Shown here one piece after another: positions 1-14,482 of a stretch of 64,000 nt of DNA (the stretch's first letter is position 1; every line of letters begins with the position of its first letter). A program made the translations under genes and the position numbers. The notes under the pieces are model-generated. The model was not told the origin of the DNA and did not search any database. It saw only the letters and a list, made by a program, of their open reading frames with translations. Where the stretch lies: contig CM041465.1 in NCBI GenBank assembly GCA_023213395.1, positions 149,241,741-149,305,740 on the forward strand, read 5' to 3'. This DNA is from Cycas panzhihuaensis. Taxonomy: Eukaryota > Plantae > Cycadophyta.

Positions 1-1210
1 CACCTTCTTAAATAGTGACTTGTAGGAGGAAATATACATAAATTAGCCTCTTAGCTTTGTTGTTCCTAGAAAAGAATGTCTAGTCTACAAACTGCAAAAG
101 TGATTATATAGCCTTAAGCAATCACCTCTAGCTTAGTATGTGAAGATTGATGAATACTTTTAGAAGCATAGACTTATTCTCTCATATTTAGATCTAAATA
201 TATATATCAAAACCCACAATGCTTTGATCATTCTAATTTTACTTTATATTGATGATTTAATGATAACTGGTAATGATATAGAGTGGATTACACATCTCTC
301 AGGAGAATTGAACAATAACTTTGAGATAACTAACCTTAGGTTGCTTCAATATTTTCTTAGAATGGAAGTCTGGCATGATCCAAGCCATATTTTCCTTTCA
401 CAGTTGAAATATACAAAGGAGATTCTTCAAAAATTTAGGATAGATGAATATAAACCATCGCCAACTCCTATGGAGATAAGTCTAAAATTGGACATTATTG
501 GGCATGGAAAACCTGTGGATCCTATATTGTAGAGGCAACTTGTGGGGAAATTAATTTACCTCACCCATACTTAATTTGGCATTGCCTATGTTACTAGGAT
601 CTATTTTAGGTTCATGACATAGCTTAAGATTTCATATTAAAAAGTAGTAATTATGTTCCTGAGATATCTTTAGAGCACTCTTCAGTTTGGACTTGATTAT
701 TGTCATGTGAAAAATCCTTTGTTGACATGTTATACTGATGCAGATTAGGTTAGATATAAAGATAGTTATAGATTAACCCTAGACTATTGTTTTAACCTCG
801 ATTTTGCTTTAGTTTCATGGTGTTACAAAGAGTAGGCTAATATCATTCTATATTCAACTAAAGCTAAGTATAAATCCATTGATAATGTAATTGTTGAGGC
901 TATCTAGCTTAAGAGGATTCTTGAAGAGCTTAAAATTAGTCAAACACATGCTACATCACTATTTTGTGATAATCAAAGTGTTCTCAAATTAAACAAGAAT
1001 TTGGTGTTCCATGTTATAACTAAACACATTGAGATTCACCATAACTTCATTGGGGAGCATGTACAGGATCGTGAGATAGATTTGATCTATAAGCCTACTG
1101 ATGATCATATTATAAATATCTTTACAAAAGAACTCTCTCGTGATAAATTAGAAAGGTTTCATCTTGAATTTGATGTTAGAATTAATGAACTCATCATTAA
1201 GGGAGGGTGA
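1..1210 (+). pseudogene. E0: Ty1/Copia pol remnant (RT C-half + RNase H), truncated by the window edge
   Basis: ORF 224-532 has LLYIDDLMITG (Copia YVDD) and LQYFL.MEV; ORF 1001-1210 has TKHIEIHHNFI...DIFTK-like RNase H; many stops between them. Confidence 0.93.
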
Positions 1211-1537
1211 TAGAAGAATTAATAATATATTTCAATAATTCATTAAGGATCCACTATATTATATTGATGTAATATTTGTATATAATTTGTATTTATGCTT
1301 CTTTATCATAAAAGGGTTTAGTCATAACTTAATGTTATGAACCTAGGTATGTGTGGGTTTATTTACTCTCAATGTAAAGTTTGTTTAGTGCTAACTATCA
1401 CCTTGCATGATCTTATATTTAATATTCTCAATATGTATTGTAATAGCCTTTTTTGTTCTTTATGCAATGCTTTTTCCATGTAATCTTTATTATGTTATAT
1501 ACTTTTGATATTATAAGTTAATACAAGTAATTTTACA
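1199..1537 (+). repeat. E0 polypurine tract (1199-1207) and probable 3' LTR starting TG at 1208; right end uncertain
   Basis: AAGGGAGGG abuts TGATAGAA at the end of RNase H; no partner LTR in the window, so the 3' boundary is a guess. Confidence 0.5.
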
Positions 1538-4500
1538 TTGGAGCATTTGTGAGGAATTCAATTGCTTCATGTGTTTATTTATTAAATGCTTTATGGGTGT
1601 GCATGTGTCTTGAACCTAGGCTAAAACTAGGTAGACCTCTTTGCCTTTCAATGAGGAACTCCATGACAAGGGTGATAATTATTAGAATAACCTTATTCCC
1701 CTTGTTGGAGGTGGGTGGAAGGAAATATAACCTAGTATAGCCTAGACCTAGTCTTATTAGAATATGTGTTAATGTTTTAATGGGCTTTTTTATTATACTT
1801 ATTACTCATCCATAAGATGGTAGGGATGTCATTCTCTCCCTAATTTTTCTTTTTTTTTTTAACAACATGTACATAATATTTTCTATTTAATAAAGCACCT
1901 ATTTTTAATAGGAGAAAAAAACCACTTGCATCTCCCATCAATATCTCTCTTTACATAAAAGAGTTATCTTAGCTAAGCATTCCAGCTTATGATCTCTTTA
2001 TAGAAATATTATATCATCTTTTCCTATTGTAAGGGTATTTATTAACTTGATTCTATATTAATCATACCTTTTATCATACTAATAGCCCCAACTAGACCTT
2101 CATGACTAATTAGACTAATATTTACACATAAGAAGAGATAATTAGTAAGAAATATATGTGATTATTTATATTCAAAATCAACAAGAAAAAATATTATATT
2201 AATCTTACACCCGTGTTCCCTAATGGAGTAACACTAAATTTAACTCTAGTCCATCATAGGGTTTTCCTATCAAGTCACCTATCAATTAATATAAACTAAG
2301 TTATCCACTTAATTAACAACCTTGTAATACTATGACATAGACCCATGGTTACAGAACCTATACCAATAACCACACATTAGTTAGTTTGAGGTAAACTAGT
2401 TGATATGGTCAGTCTATCAACTAGCTTAATATGTAGAGTCCTCTTAAAGGCAATATGACATAAGAACCAAGTAATAAGACAACATAGTTTTAAGGTTACT
2501 ATCCATTTCAATAATTAATGATATTAGCATAAGATTTATAACATACTTTAAAGTGCTTCCCAAATGAATTTTCTATAACTTATTACAACCTATAAATGCC
2601 TCTGTCTATAATTTATTAGATATCATTTTTATGAAATAATCTTATAAGTGAAAATCAGCTTAAAATGGTCTATACTTAGATTTGTATACTTTGAGTTATT
2701 ATATAATCTTATATAACTATATGTTTTTTAACCTTTTCTCGCTTATGTGGTAGGGTAATAAACTTCAACTAATCCTAAACTTTAAATAGAGTCATTAGTA
2801 TTACTTAGCCATATTTTACTTTCTATTTAAGTGGTTGCATATAGATAATGGCTTGCTTTTGTAATTTTATACCCCATATTCCTCTTATTTATGGGTGATT
2901 CTATCAATGATTCTAAAGAGTATATGAAGATCATTCATAGTTATTCATACTCAAAGATGAAGCTAAACAATTATTATATGCTCTAGTAATAGTAATTCTC
3001 AAATTTATAGTGTTATAGCTAATAGTTCATCCATGGGCATGGATGGTTTTGAGCTAGATTAAATACCGCTTATGCATTCCCTTTATCTATCACTTATTCC
3101 ACATAGTTTTCCTCATAACCTATCTTTAATATGCCTTACATTCTTTATATTATACATTATCTGCTTCATATTTAACATATAATTTCCATATCATCCTTAC
3201 ATTAGTCAAGATAAGTGTAGGGTGATTAAATCCTTCTTAGAATCCCAACCTCCTCATATTATATTTCTATATTATTATCCACAAAACTTAGAGGTATCCA
3301 AATCTATTTTTAGAATGAGATTCCTTTCTATCCTAGGAGATTTCTCCCTCTACATTCCATAAAGGGTATCTCTCATCTATATGGGATAATATTCAAACAT
3401 TTTTATATAATTTTATTTGCATCTAAATAGGATTTGATCCATTGTTTTAACATTCTTTTCACATTACTATAACTATGTATCTCCAATGTTACACCTAAGT
3501 AAATTTCCCCATTTTTTTTTCCAAAACCATACTAAAGGATGGCATGAGGAATTAAAGCTAAATTTTATCCAATGAATCCTCTTATAATAGGTTTTATATT
3601 ATGTAAACACAATAATTAGAGGCAATATAAAACTTAAAATTAGTGAGGTTTTTATTATTCTACACTTATACTAGTTGAGTTATACAACTAAATAAAAAAT
3701 ATTTTCTTTTCTTTTTTTTCCTTTTGAGTTGGAATTTTATAGTAACAAACTAATCTATACAACTTAGTCCCTATTATATTGTACTAATTCCACTACATGA
3801 GTTAAGACCTTTAAGTGAGCCAAGTCTAGTATTAGCCAATCCTATATGTTAGTGCAATATAACATGTATATTATAACCAATGACACTATGCCTCCCCCCC
3901 CCCTCACCCCCCCCCCACTCCACCCAAAGTCCTACCATTACTTAAATTAGGATTCTATATAACAAGTCACTAAGATCAAGGTCTTTCATTACTTTGCTCT
4001 AAAATAGAATCTCTTATACCTAATAGCCCATTTGATTAATCATATGGTTAATCTCCTTCTATTTTACTTAAAGCCTATTTCACTTCATTGCCTTATTTAT
4101 TTATGTGTAGAATGATATAAACACAATAACACTAGTAGATAATCAAATATTAGGTGCCTTATATTAGGCACCTAGTGGTAATTTATTTTTCACATCTATT
4201 AGTCTCATCTAAATGTATCATATGGTTATTTTTTATCAAGATTGATGCAATGATTGTAAGTCATAATTAAGAGTATGGTATAATATTATTAATGGTATCT
4301 CTAAATACTTATTATGATCTAACTTCTTCATTGATTATACTAACTATTACAAGTATTATGAGATCATGATTCACTTTCCATTATAATGATAAGTTATATT
4401 TTATATTTGCTTGCAATTATGAGATATATCCATATTTGTATGACCCATCTTTATTATATTTAATATATAAGGTTTGGACCTATCCAACTATTATCATAAT

Positions 4501-4757
4501 TTTGTATCTCATGCTTACTTTGCATTTCCTAGCCACTCATCGATATTGATTATATACTCCCTATTTATAGAATCTAGTAGTTATATCAGTAATATATTAT
4601 TAACTAATAACCATAGATTACTAGTATTTTTAATAGCAATAACTAATAAATACTTTTACCTACCTAATCTAGAATAAATTGTGATGGATTAGCCCATCTC
4701 TAGATTTTGCATCTTCAAGGACTCTATTAGTAGTGGGTATTAAATTAACATTCGAAA

Positions 4758-5081
4758 TATTAGAATATGTTAATATACCAATTAATGTAAAGTGGACTTA
4801 TTTATGTGCCTAATATGTAGGTGGAATATTCTCGAGAGTGGCAAGCCAACAAATGTAATTATAATTATATTTGGGTACTTTAGATCTATAAATATAGATC
4901 AAAGATCATCCTCGTGTAGAACATTATATTGTCGAAAATGTAAGTAATATTATTTAGTGGATTTTCACCCATAAGGATTTTCCATGGTAATTTGATGTCC
5001 CATGTGCATGACTTTTGTTGTGATCTACCTAATGTGAAAGATCCTATTGACCTTGTTTACTTACATTTATGTTTCTCAACA
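4758..5081 (+). repeat. E1 5' LTR
   Basis: Aligns end to end with 8702-9024; ends CAACA before the PBS. Confidence 0.93.
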
Positions 5082-5093
5082 TGGTATCAAAGC
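5082..5093 (+). promoter_or_regulatory. E1 primer-binding site (tRNA-iMet type)
   Basis: TGGTATCAAAGC immediately after the LTR (consensus TGGTATCAGAGC). Confidence 0.9.
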
Positions 5094-5580
5094 TTGTAGG
5101 TTGTTCACATGCAAAGGATTATTATTGGATGGTCTAATCATTGGTGCCAAGTCATGTTGGCTTGCCTTGAGTGGATTGGCATGTTCGACAACCCTGCAGA
5201 GCTACCACAGAGGTGCAAATGATTGTTGGAGGATCTTAGTAGCCTTCTATCTTTGTTTGGAGGTATTCTAAGCCCTAGGTGTGCGAATGAGTATGCATTC
5301 TTGGTTACTCTGTTGCCAGTTATTTAAGGCCAGTTTGAGCCTATTGAAGCTGTTGGATCCCTATTTGATGATACTGTTAATTTTTCAAAGCTCTAGAGGT
5401 GTTTTTGATCAGTTCTAGAGGTGTTTAAGGCTGCCCATACATAGAGAGAAGCTATGCATGATATTTGCCAACTCTCTATTGCTAGTAGGAGAGTGTAGAG
5501 CCTTTGTTGAACTATTATAGCACCCATAATAAAAAATACAGTCAAATATAAGATATACTTGTTGTAATATATATTTTTTG

Positions 5581-5583
<3 letters not shown>

Positions 5584-5640
<57 letters not shown>
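5584..5640. repeat. (TC)28 microsatellite inside E1
   Basis: Pure TC run. Confidence 0.98.
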
Positions 5641-5647
<7 letters not shown>

Positions 5648-6981
5648 GCCATCCCATATGAAATATTGACATCGTATATTAATATAGCCTGCCTAATAAT
5701 ATTTTTTGCCGTCACATGATGCAATCCTATTTGCCTACTTGATTTATATATGCAGCCATCATTTGATATATATTAATCACCCATGTGATATATTATATGG
5801 TATCACATTGATATATTCTATGATGCCCTATATATATAATATTAATTGCCCATATATACTGTTTTAGTGTTTGATTTTAATTTGCTAAAGTTTGTGTGAT
5901 ATATTTTAATTCCCAGCTACTAAATCTAATTTTGCCCATTGTATATTAGATTGGCATGAATATTCTACATCGTCTAGTCATCTACATCACCTAGATGATT
6001 GTATGTAGTCTATTGATTTCATTTTAGTAACAAGTTATGATTCATTTCATCCCAACTCATATTAATGTATTCAATATCTGTGATATGCAATTTGCACCAT
6101 ATATATTTGCCATTGTATTTAAGAAGTCACCCATTGATGTTAGTATATTTGTTCGCAGTTGTTCATGTGATTAATCTATTATGGAAAGCTTACATATATG
6201 ATTTTTTAAATATATTTTATTAAGTTGTGATTTAATATGTTAAAGGAACCATTTCATAATGTCACTTTTGATTTATGTTAATGAAACTCACCATTGATAT
6301 ATGTTTATAATAGATGCCCTTTTTCATGAAGATTCTTTATACTTTGATTTTATTTCAAAGTTATATGATCTTATGAAGTTGTTAGTCACCTTGTTTTATG
6401 GGTGAAGATCACTATTGATACAATTAGTGTTTCTTTGATGTTTTGATACCCACTTGTTTATATACCTTGCCATCATTTGATGCCCCCTTTTGGTATCTAT
6501 AATTTTGGCATTTTGATGAATGTATATACTTCTCTAAAGTGGCACAAATATATTTTATAAGGCTTCAATTTTTGGTGATCTTTTGGTGACAATGAGGTGA
6601 TATGATCCTCTCTAAGTGACTATTGGTGATTTGAAGTGCACCCTTGGTGATTGTTTAATAGTAATTGAGTGCTTTCTTGCATGTATTTTACACAAAAAGT
6701 TAATGGGTGACATAGGACAATGTTTGAGGCTCTCTTGTATGTGTTGTACATGTGAGAGTGAGATCGGTGATGGTGGCAATTTGAGGAGAAGAGAGTGCAT
6801 TAAGCACACTTTATTGTGGGCAAGAGAGGATGGGCAAGATGAGATGTCAAGTTACCTCTTTGAATGTGGTTTATATAAGAGAGGACTGAGGGTGAGTATG
6901 AGGGCAAGAGATGGCTAAAGAAGGGCGAGATAGTGAGATATCTTAGTTGCAATATGATGCAAACTCTATTATTACTAGTTA

Positions 6982-7136
<155 letters not shown>

Positions 7137-7139
7137 AAA

Positions 7140-8620
7140 ATGAGTGTGTTTATTCATGTATATTTGAGTTTTGTTACATTATATATATATGAGGTGATGA
7201 AGTTTAGAATTTTCTTGTATCAGTGGTTGTCAGTTATGATGGATCGTTATACTTTGGCTAGTTGGACTGATGATAGCATGAAGGTTTATGGCCTATTTTG
7301 ATGTTAGTTCAATATGTATGCATACCTGAATAAGTATAATATAGAACCAAGATAATATGTTTATAAAATTGAAAGTGTAAATGGAAAGGTCTATGGTGAG
7401 AAGCCTTAAATTTAACTTTGCCTTTGTCATGGTATGAAATGAGAGATGGTTGTCTCATATACCCCTCTTAAGTTGCATTATAATAGGTACCATGATGAAG
7501 ATAAGGAGTTTTGTTGCATGTTAGTGTTGGCCTCCTATGTTTTAATGGTAGAAGTTATAGCAAACAAGTATTGGGATCCATTATTGTGACTGTTTGTGGC
7601 ATATATTCCCCTCATGTTTTGTGTTTGGACTAGTCAAAAGCCTTCCATTTATTTCTTTGGTGCATTAGAGTGTACACATCTTATATGAAGATCTCAACAG
7701 TATATTGTAAGAGTTTTAAGCCTATGGGTTATTTAACTTTTAAATAATATGATCTATAGGGTAATGCATTGTGATTAGTCTAGATGTCAAGAATTTATAA
7801 CATATCATGTTGAGTGTCATCTAATTATAGGTTTTATCCTTCATTAGTTTATTTTTTCCAGTCATTTTTCAACAAATGTGGAGGTTTATTTGCCTAACAT
7901 TGTATTTGAGATGGAAGTAGGATCAAGTGGAAGATTGATGATGAGGAGCTATTAGTTGAAGAGACATGGATTGTAACCCCATGTTCCATTGATGGTTGAA
8001 GACCTACAAGATGATTGAAAGATCATGGATCAACATGCCAATCAAATCTTGAAATAGACAACAATATTTAAATGAGTGAAGATTCATAATTGAGAGTTAT
8101 ATTGGAGAGTGTTGTGTGGGATTTGGGTTCCTTATCTTTAAGGAAAGAACTTGGTCAGTTTGCAAGTTGGGAAGACTTGTTGCATAGAAGTTTCTAGCAA
8201 GAAGAAGGATTCAAGTATGAGGAGACATTGTGCACCAATCTGTATGTTTATTAGTCCATTTGATCCTTACTTTAGCATCTTCAGATAATTGGGTGTTATA
8301 TCAAATGAATGAGATATTAGCATTCATTAATGAAAACTTGAAGAGGAGATTAACATAGCTTAAGTGGTTCAACCTCTTAGTTTAGTTGAAGGAATATGGC
8401 TAAGTTATATGGACAAAGTGTGAGGTGCGAGAGAGAGTTGTATGGTTGCAAGGTCTATTAAAGCATTTCCAAGGAATCGAGCATATACGAGGCATAACAC
8501 CATTACATATGAGTGAAGATTAGATCATGGAAGATGCAGGTTGAAGATTGTCCAAGTGGAGATTGACTTGTGGACATGTCCACCAAGCTCAAACTAAAGA
8601 TCGCTATATCGACGCTTATG
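7140..8620 (+). pseudogene. E1 pol relic: integrase, RT N-terminus fused to RNase H C-terminus
   Basis: Decayed motifs: VSYTP (7450s), NWVLYQMNEILAFINENL (~8287-8340, the QMDVKSAFLNG.L motif), PSGD.LVDMSTK (~8550-8590); no YVDD segment. Confidence 0.75.
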
Positions 8621-8701
8621 CATATTGGGTAAGGTTATCCTTGAGAGGGGATCTATTCCTAAGGATAAACTTTATTACCCCATATTTATATTAAGAAGAG
8701 A

Positions 8702-9024
8702 TGTTAGAATGTATTAATATACTAATTAATGTAAATTGGGCCTATTTATGTACCTAAAATATAGGTGGAATATTCTTGAGAGTGGGGAGTTGATGGATGT
8801 AATTGTAATTATATTTGGGCACTTTAGATCTATAAATATGGATCAAAGTCCATCCTTATGTAGAAGATTAGATTATCAAAATATGAATAATATTATTTGG
8901 TAGGTTTTCACCCATAAGGATTTCCCACGACAATCTAATATCCTATGTGCGTGATTTTTGTTATGATCTGCCTGATGTGAAAGATCCTGTTGATCTTGTC
9001 TGCTTACATTTATGTTTTCCAATA
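8702..9024 (+). repeat. E1 3' LTR
   Basis: TGTTAGAATG start after the PPT; homologous to 4758-5081. Confidence 0.93.
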
Positions 9025-9957
9025 TAAAAGAACACTTAATAGACATGGATAGGTAGAATACACAATAAGGATATTCTAGACCAATTATAGGCTAATTATA
9101 ATCTAATAAAATATAATTTAGTAAGCCCCAAAGTCAAAACTATTTTGACCAAAATATTGCAAGTTATTTTAACCTAAATTTTATCTTAATTCTTAGTCTT
9201 AATTAGCCTTAATAGGTCCCATAGATTATTTTGATGATTCTTAGAAACTATAAGATAATTTACACTTAAGTCTTGATATAAAACAACAACTAATATTCAT
9301 TATTCTACTTCATTTACATGATATTAAATCTCTAATCTTAGAGATTATAAAAGAAGAATAAGGCTTCTCTTAATGATATGTTTTTATTATTCGATAACCA
9401 CTCCTACTTCTAGGAGTTTGTAGGGAAATGGTGACATGTTATTTGCATAAAGGCATGGAAATATGATTTCTCTTCTAAAAGATGATTATTCTTCTATAAG
9501 ATCATTTATTTCTTTCAAAGAGAATAATATAATTAAGAAGTTATTACTATAACATTCATGACCATTTTGCTATTTATTCTTATATATATAGAAGAAGAGC
9601 AGCCATCCTATGATAGGACTGGAATCTCCATGCTTAGTTAAGGTAATACTTATTTGTAATATGAAAATATAATCTTTATAAATATTCATTAAAAATAATA
9701 ATAATTCTCTCCACTTTAATTATTCATATCTATTTGTTTATGTTATTTTCTTGTAAACTAAAGAATATTTAATTTCCATTTAAAGTAGGTTTTCACACCT
9801 AATATTAATTAAATAAATAAAATTTACCTTTGTAATACTAATAGATCTCATTTTATGCCTAGAAGCATTTAGAACTTAGTAATAAGATGTAATTAGGGAA
9901 TAACATCTTGAGTTAATTTTGTAAACCCCCTTTAAGATAATGGGAAATGAGGTTGGT

Positions 9958-10099
<142 letters not shown>

Positions 10100-10559
10100 T
10101 ATTCTATTATTTATTAGTTATATGTATAAAACCTTTAAAATCACTATTTAATATGTTTTATCCATAATTAGACCTAGTCACTCCTATTTGAACAAAATCA
10201 TCCCTAATACATATAACATCTTATAAATATATATCATATCAGATATTATAGCCATCATGATTTAAGAAAAGTTATATTTAAAAATATACTTTGTGATGGT
10301 TACACTTAACCCATATTTTTCTTGGATTATCTTCACTTTGGTGCATCCTAATTACTAAATTTTTGCCTGACATTACCATAGTCCATCTTTACCTTTTCTA
10401 TAATAAAGTTATATAAGGATTTTCTTTTCTTGTATGGAGAAAGGATATTTTATTTCACTTAGGAAATGCCTAAAGTTAAGATAAATCATAAAATAAAAAG
10501 ATAAAACTTACTCCTATAAGGAATATATCCCTATGAGTAACTAAAGATACTTGTATGTG

Positions 10560-10879
10560 TATTAGAGAACACAAAATATCCAAACAGGATTATAGGAATC
10601 ATTTATGAACACATTAGACTCAAGAGAATATGCACATAGGACACCATATTTGATGTGGGAACCCTTACAGGAAAAACTCACAAGAAAATAATATAATATC
10701 ACATTTTTGGCAAATCTAAGCATATAACTTTATAATGGATCTTAGATATATATTTATAGATCACAAGTATCTCAAATATACGTGAATTACATATGTTGGA
10801 TCATTACATCATAATCTCAACATTATCCATATATTATTCACACATTTAATATTAGTCAATATGTAGTACCTTTCTAACA
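10560..10879 (-). repeat. E2 3' LTR
   Basis: Aligns with 14163-14482; adjacent to the PPT. Confidence 0.93.
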
Positions 10880-10989
10880 TCCCCTCTTAATGTAAACATG
10901 GGGTCTTGAAGTCTTCTTAAGGGTTTGGTTTATCTTTATCCTTACCGATAAATCCCCCCTCAAGGATAACCTCTCCCAATATGCACAAA

Positions 10990-12480
10990 CATTGATGAAG
11001 TGATCTTTAATAAGAGCTTGGTGAACAAGTCCTCAAATTGATCTCCACTTGGACAAACTTCTACTTACATCTTCCCTGATCTAATCTACTCTCAAATACA
11101 ATGGTGTTATGCCTCGTATGTATATGATTCCTTAGTTGTGACTCCAATAGTCCCTACAACCATACAACTCTCTCTCTACACTAATACTTAGTCCATAAAA
11201 CTCAAGCATTTTCCTTTAAATAAACTAAAATGTTAAGCCACTTGAGCCATATGAATCTCCTCTTCAAGTCTTTGTTTAAGGAATGCTGACATAATATGAC
11301 TCCTAACTATTTGAAGCTAATAAAGGAAGGATCAAGCAAGCTAATAATATAGAGATTGGTGCATGATGTCTCTACATATATAATTCATTCTTTTTGCTTG
11401 AAATATTACATAATAAGCTTTGCTAACTTGCAAATTGACTAGGTTCCATGAGGGAGGTAAGGGACCCAAATCCTATATATATCACTCCTCTATCAATGTA
11501 GCTCTTTATTGTGAATCTTTGTATATTGGAACATTGGTATTTATCATGAGCTTTGACTAACATGTTGATCCTTATTCTTTAATCATCCTATAGCCCTTCA
11601 ACTATTAATGGAACATGGGTTGTAATCTATATCTCCTCTTGCAATGACTCCTCATTATAAATCTTTCACTAGGTCTTACTTTCATCTCAAATATAATGTT
11701 AGGTAAACAAACCTCCATACTTACTAAACCATGGATTAAAAATGGTAAGAAATGAAGGATAAAACTTGTATTTAGATGGCACTTAGTATGATATGCGAAT
11801 AACTCTTCAACTTAACATCTAAACTAATCATAATACTTTCCCCTTGTAGATCATATAGCTTGTAAACTTTGTTTCACAAATCCCATTCACTTCAAACTCT
11901 TGTAATTCTATTATTGTTATATTCATCTAAGATGTATGCACTCTAATATACCTCAAGAATAAAATAGAAGGTTTTTTCTTGGTCCAACACAATACGGGGG
12001 ATATACTATGAAAAACTTTAATAGGGTACCTAATAAATAACTATCACAATATCTTCTGATAATAAAACATAGGAGATAAAATCTTATTATGCACCAAACA
12101 CCTCCTCATTTACATCATGGTACCTACAACTTAATCTAAATGGGGTACATGGGACAACAAACTCTTGTATCATACTATGATAAAGGATGAACTAATTTTA
12201 AGGCTTCTTGTAATAGACCTTTCCATTCACATTTTAATTTTATATAATTACACTATCAGTTATATATCAAACTTGTTTAGATATATACACACATTGAACT
12301 AACATCAAATAGGCCATAAACCCTCATGCTAACATCAGTCCAACCACCCAAAGTATAGCGATCCACCAACACTGATAACCACTTATATAAACATGTCAAT
12401 AACCAATAAATTCTAAACATCTTTATCACATTCATCTAATAAAAAAGAACTCTGATATAACTAAATAAACACACCATCAC
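10990..12480 (-). pseudogene. E2 pol relic: integrase, RT N-terminus fused to RNase H C-terminus
   Basis: Minus-strand motifs SVGGSLYF, QEFVVPCTP, WTKKKPSILFLR, YKLYDL, SAFLNKDLEEEIHMAQ, PSGDQFEDLFTK. Confidence 0.8.
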
Positions 12481-14150
12481 TTTATAATGAATAAATCATA
12501 CTTGCATATAATATTGTGCAATGATCCATAACTACTCAACAAAGTTTACATATCTTGTAGCTTAGGTATCTCTATCATGCCTTTCTCTCGCGCTTCTATC
12601 AATCAATAAATACATACTAACATTAATAGCTTTTGCCCAAAATATGCCCATTCTTGCCCCTTATCTCTCATTAAATATACCCTTATATTGCCTCATATCA
12701 CTAATAGAGTTCCTAATACTCTCACATTACCATTAAAAATATTTCCTTATCATGTCTTATATCACCATTAAATCACAAAGAATGAAGCCTTATACCACTT
12801 TCAATATCAATACTTTGTATCTCATTGTATTATATCAATAAATATGATTAAATATATCAAGGCTCCTTACAATTGATATTAGATTAATATATCCTTCTTC
12901 AAGAAAGGTGATTCAATTAAAGTATTACTCTTGATATATTAAAACAAAGTATTAAGAAGTAACTTGAAGTGACAATTCAATATATTGATGAGAAAATATA
13001 TAGTATATGACTTATATTTAATATACCAATGTAATTTATAAAGGTGACAAATGGCAATCAAATGGAAACTAAATATTATATTGATTTGAGCTACTTTATA
13101 AAATCAAAATCAATATAAAATAAGGGCAAACTTCATATAATATTAATGCCACTTAATAATATCAACAGTTGAAATCATCATGCAATATTAATATGGATGA
13201 CTTGAATAATATTAATCAAATGGTTAAATATATAAATCACACATCACAATATATTATTCAGATGGGTGACAGGCAACTACAAAGTATTAATGTCTGAATA
13301 AATATCATAATGCAAATAAAAAATATTCATGGCTATGAAATTAATATTCATCAAATGTAGGGTCGGGTGATAGATGAATATCAACCAAATGGGCGACCTT
13401 AATATATTTACTAGTCAATAATATTAAACATATAAATGAGTGATGCCATTATCATCATGTAATAATAAAATATGGGCAAGAATACCATAATTATAACTGA
13501 TCAAATTTATCTTCAAAAATTAGTGATAACTTTATTAAAATATATATGGGTGATTAAAATAAATCATTCAGCATACCTTTATAATTTTTTATAAATAATG
13601 CATGGATTTGTTGTGATCACCAAGATTTTTTATCTTTTTTAAGGGCTCTACAACTATCTACAGCTACGTACATGGCTTCTCTCCCTACATGAGTGTCCTA
13701 TATTACTGCTCATTATGACCTCCATGCAATCCTAGGGCATCAACACTTCATGAGGGCTACAATCAATCACTCCACGGGTGGCTACACCTCTTAAATCAAC
13801 TACAAACTTAGTGACACACATGTATAATTAGATCTGACACTTTCAAGAGGATTAAAATGGTCACCACTAGTTGGTAATTGAGTAGCCAGGGTTGCATATT
13901 AAAAATAAGGGCTCCAACATTAGCCCAAACTAAAACATGACCTTCTACTTGTTTGCACATCTTTATAGGCCATCAAATTCCTACAAAGCATAAGAGGACA
14001 TGCTTTAAGATCTGTATATAATCATTTGCACCTCTGTGGTAGTTTTCTTGGTCATCGAATAAGCTAATTCTTAAAGAATGAGCCAGCATGACCTGGCAAC
14101 TAACAAATAGATGATCTAGATAATAAACACCTGACTATACACCTTTCATT

Positions 14151-14162
14151 GCTTTGATTCCA
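14151..14162 (-). promoter_or_regulatory. E2 primer-binding site (tRNA-iMet type)
   Basis: Minus strand TGGAATCAAAGC directly after the 5' LTR. Confidence 0.85.
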
Positions 14163-14482
14163 TGTTAAAGAATACAAAATATATAAATAGGATTATAAGA
14201 ATCATTTGTAAACATATTAGACTCAAGAGAAAATACACACGAGATACCAAATTTGACGTGGGAACCCTTATAGGAAAAGCCCACTAGAAAATAATACAAT
14301 ATCATATTTTTGACAAATCTAAGTGTGTAACTTTATAATGGACCTTAGATCTATATTTATAGATCACAAGTGTTTTGGATATACATGAATTACATTTGTC
14401 AACTTATTACATCATAATATCAATATTATCCATACATTATCCACATATTTAACATTAGTTTGTATGTAATACCTTTCCAACA
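14163..14482 (-). repeat. E2 5' LTR
   Basis: TG...CA termini; aligns with 10560-10879. Confidence 0.93.

Larger units (their letters stand above)
10560..14482 (-). mobile_element. E2: non-autonomous Ty1/Copia-derived LTR retrotransposon related to E1
   Basis: Paired ~320-bp LTRs (10560-10879, 14163-14482), PPT TTAAGAGGGGA (10880-10890, -), PBS, TSD ATGTG/ATGTA, internal homology to E1 (e.g. CTACCACAGAGGTGCAAATGAT). Confidence 0.92.

Noticed and set aside
1540-4757. Faint Gypsy RT/integrase-like words on the minus strand (DDIIF ~2015; YGV..YKS.P ~2860)
   Set aside because: They are too degenerate and their order is not consistent with one pol, so they cannot be supported without an HMM search.
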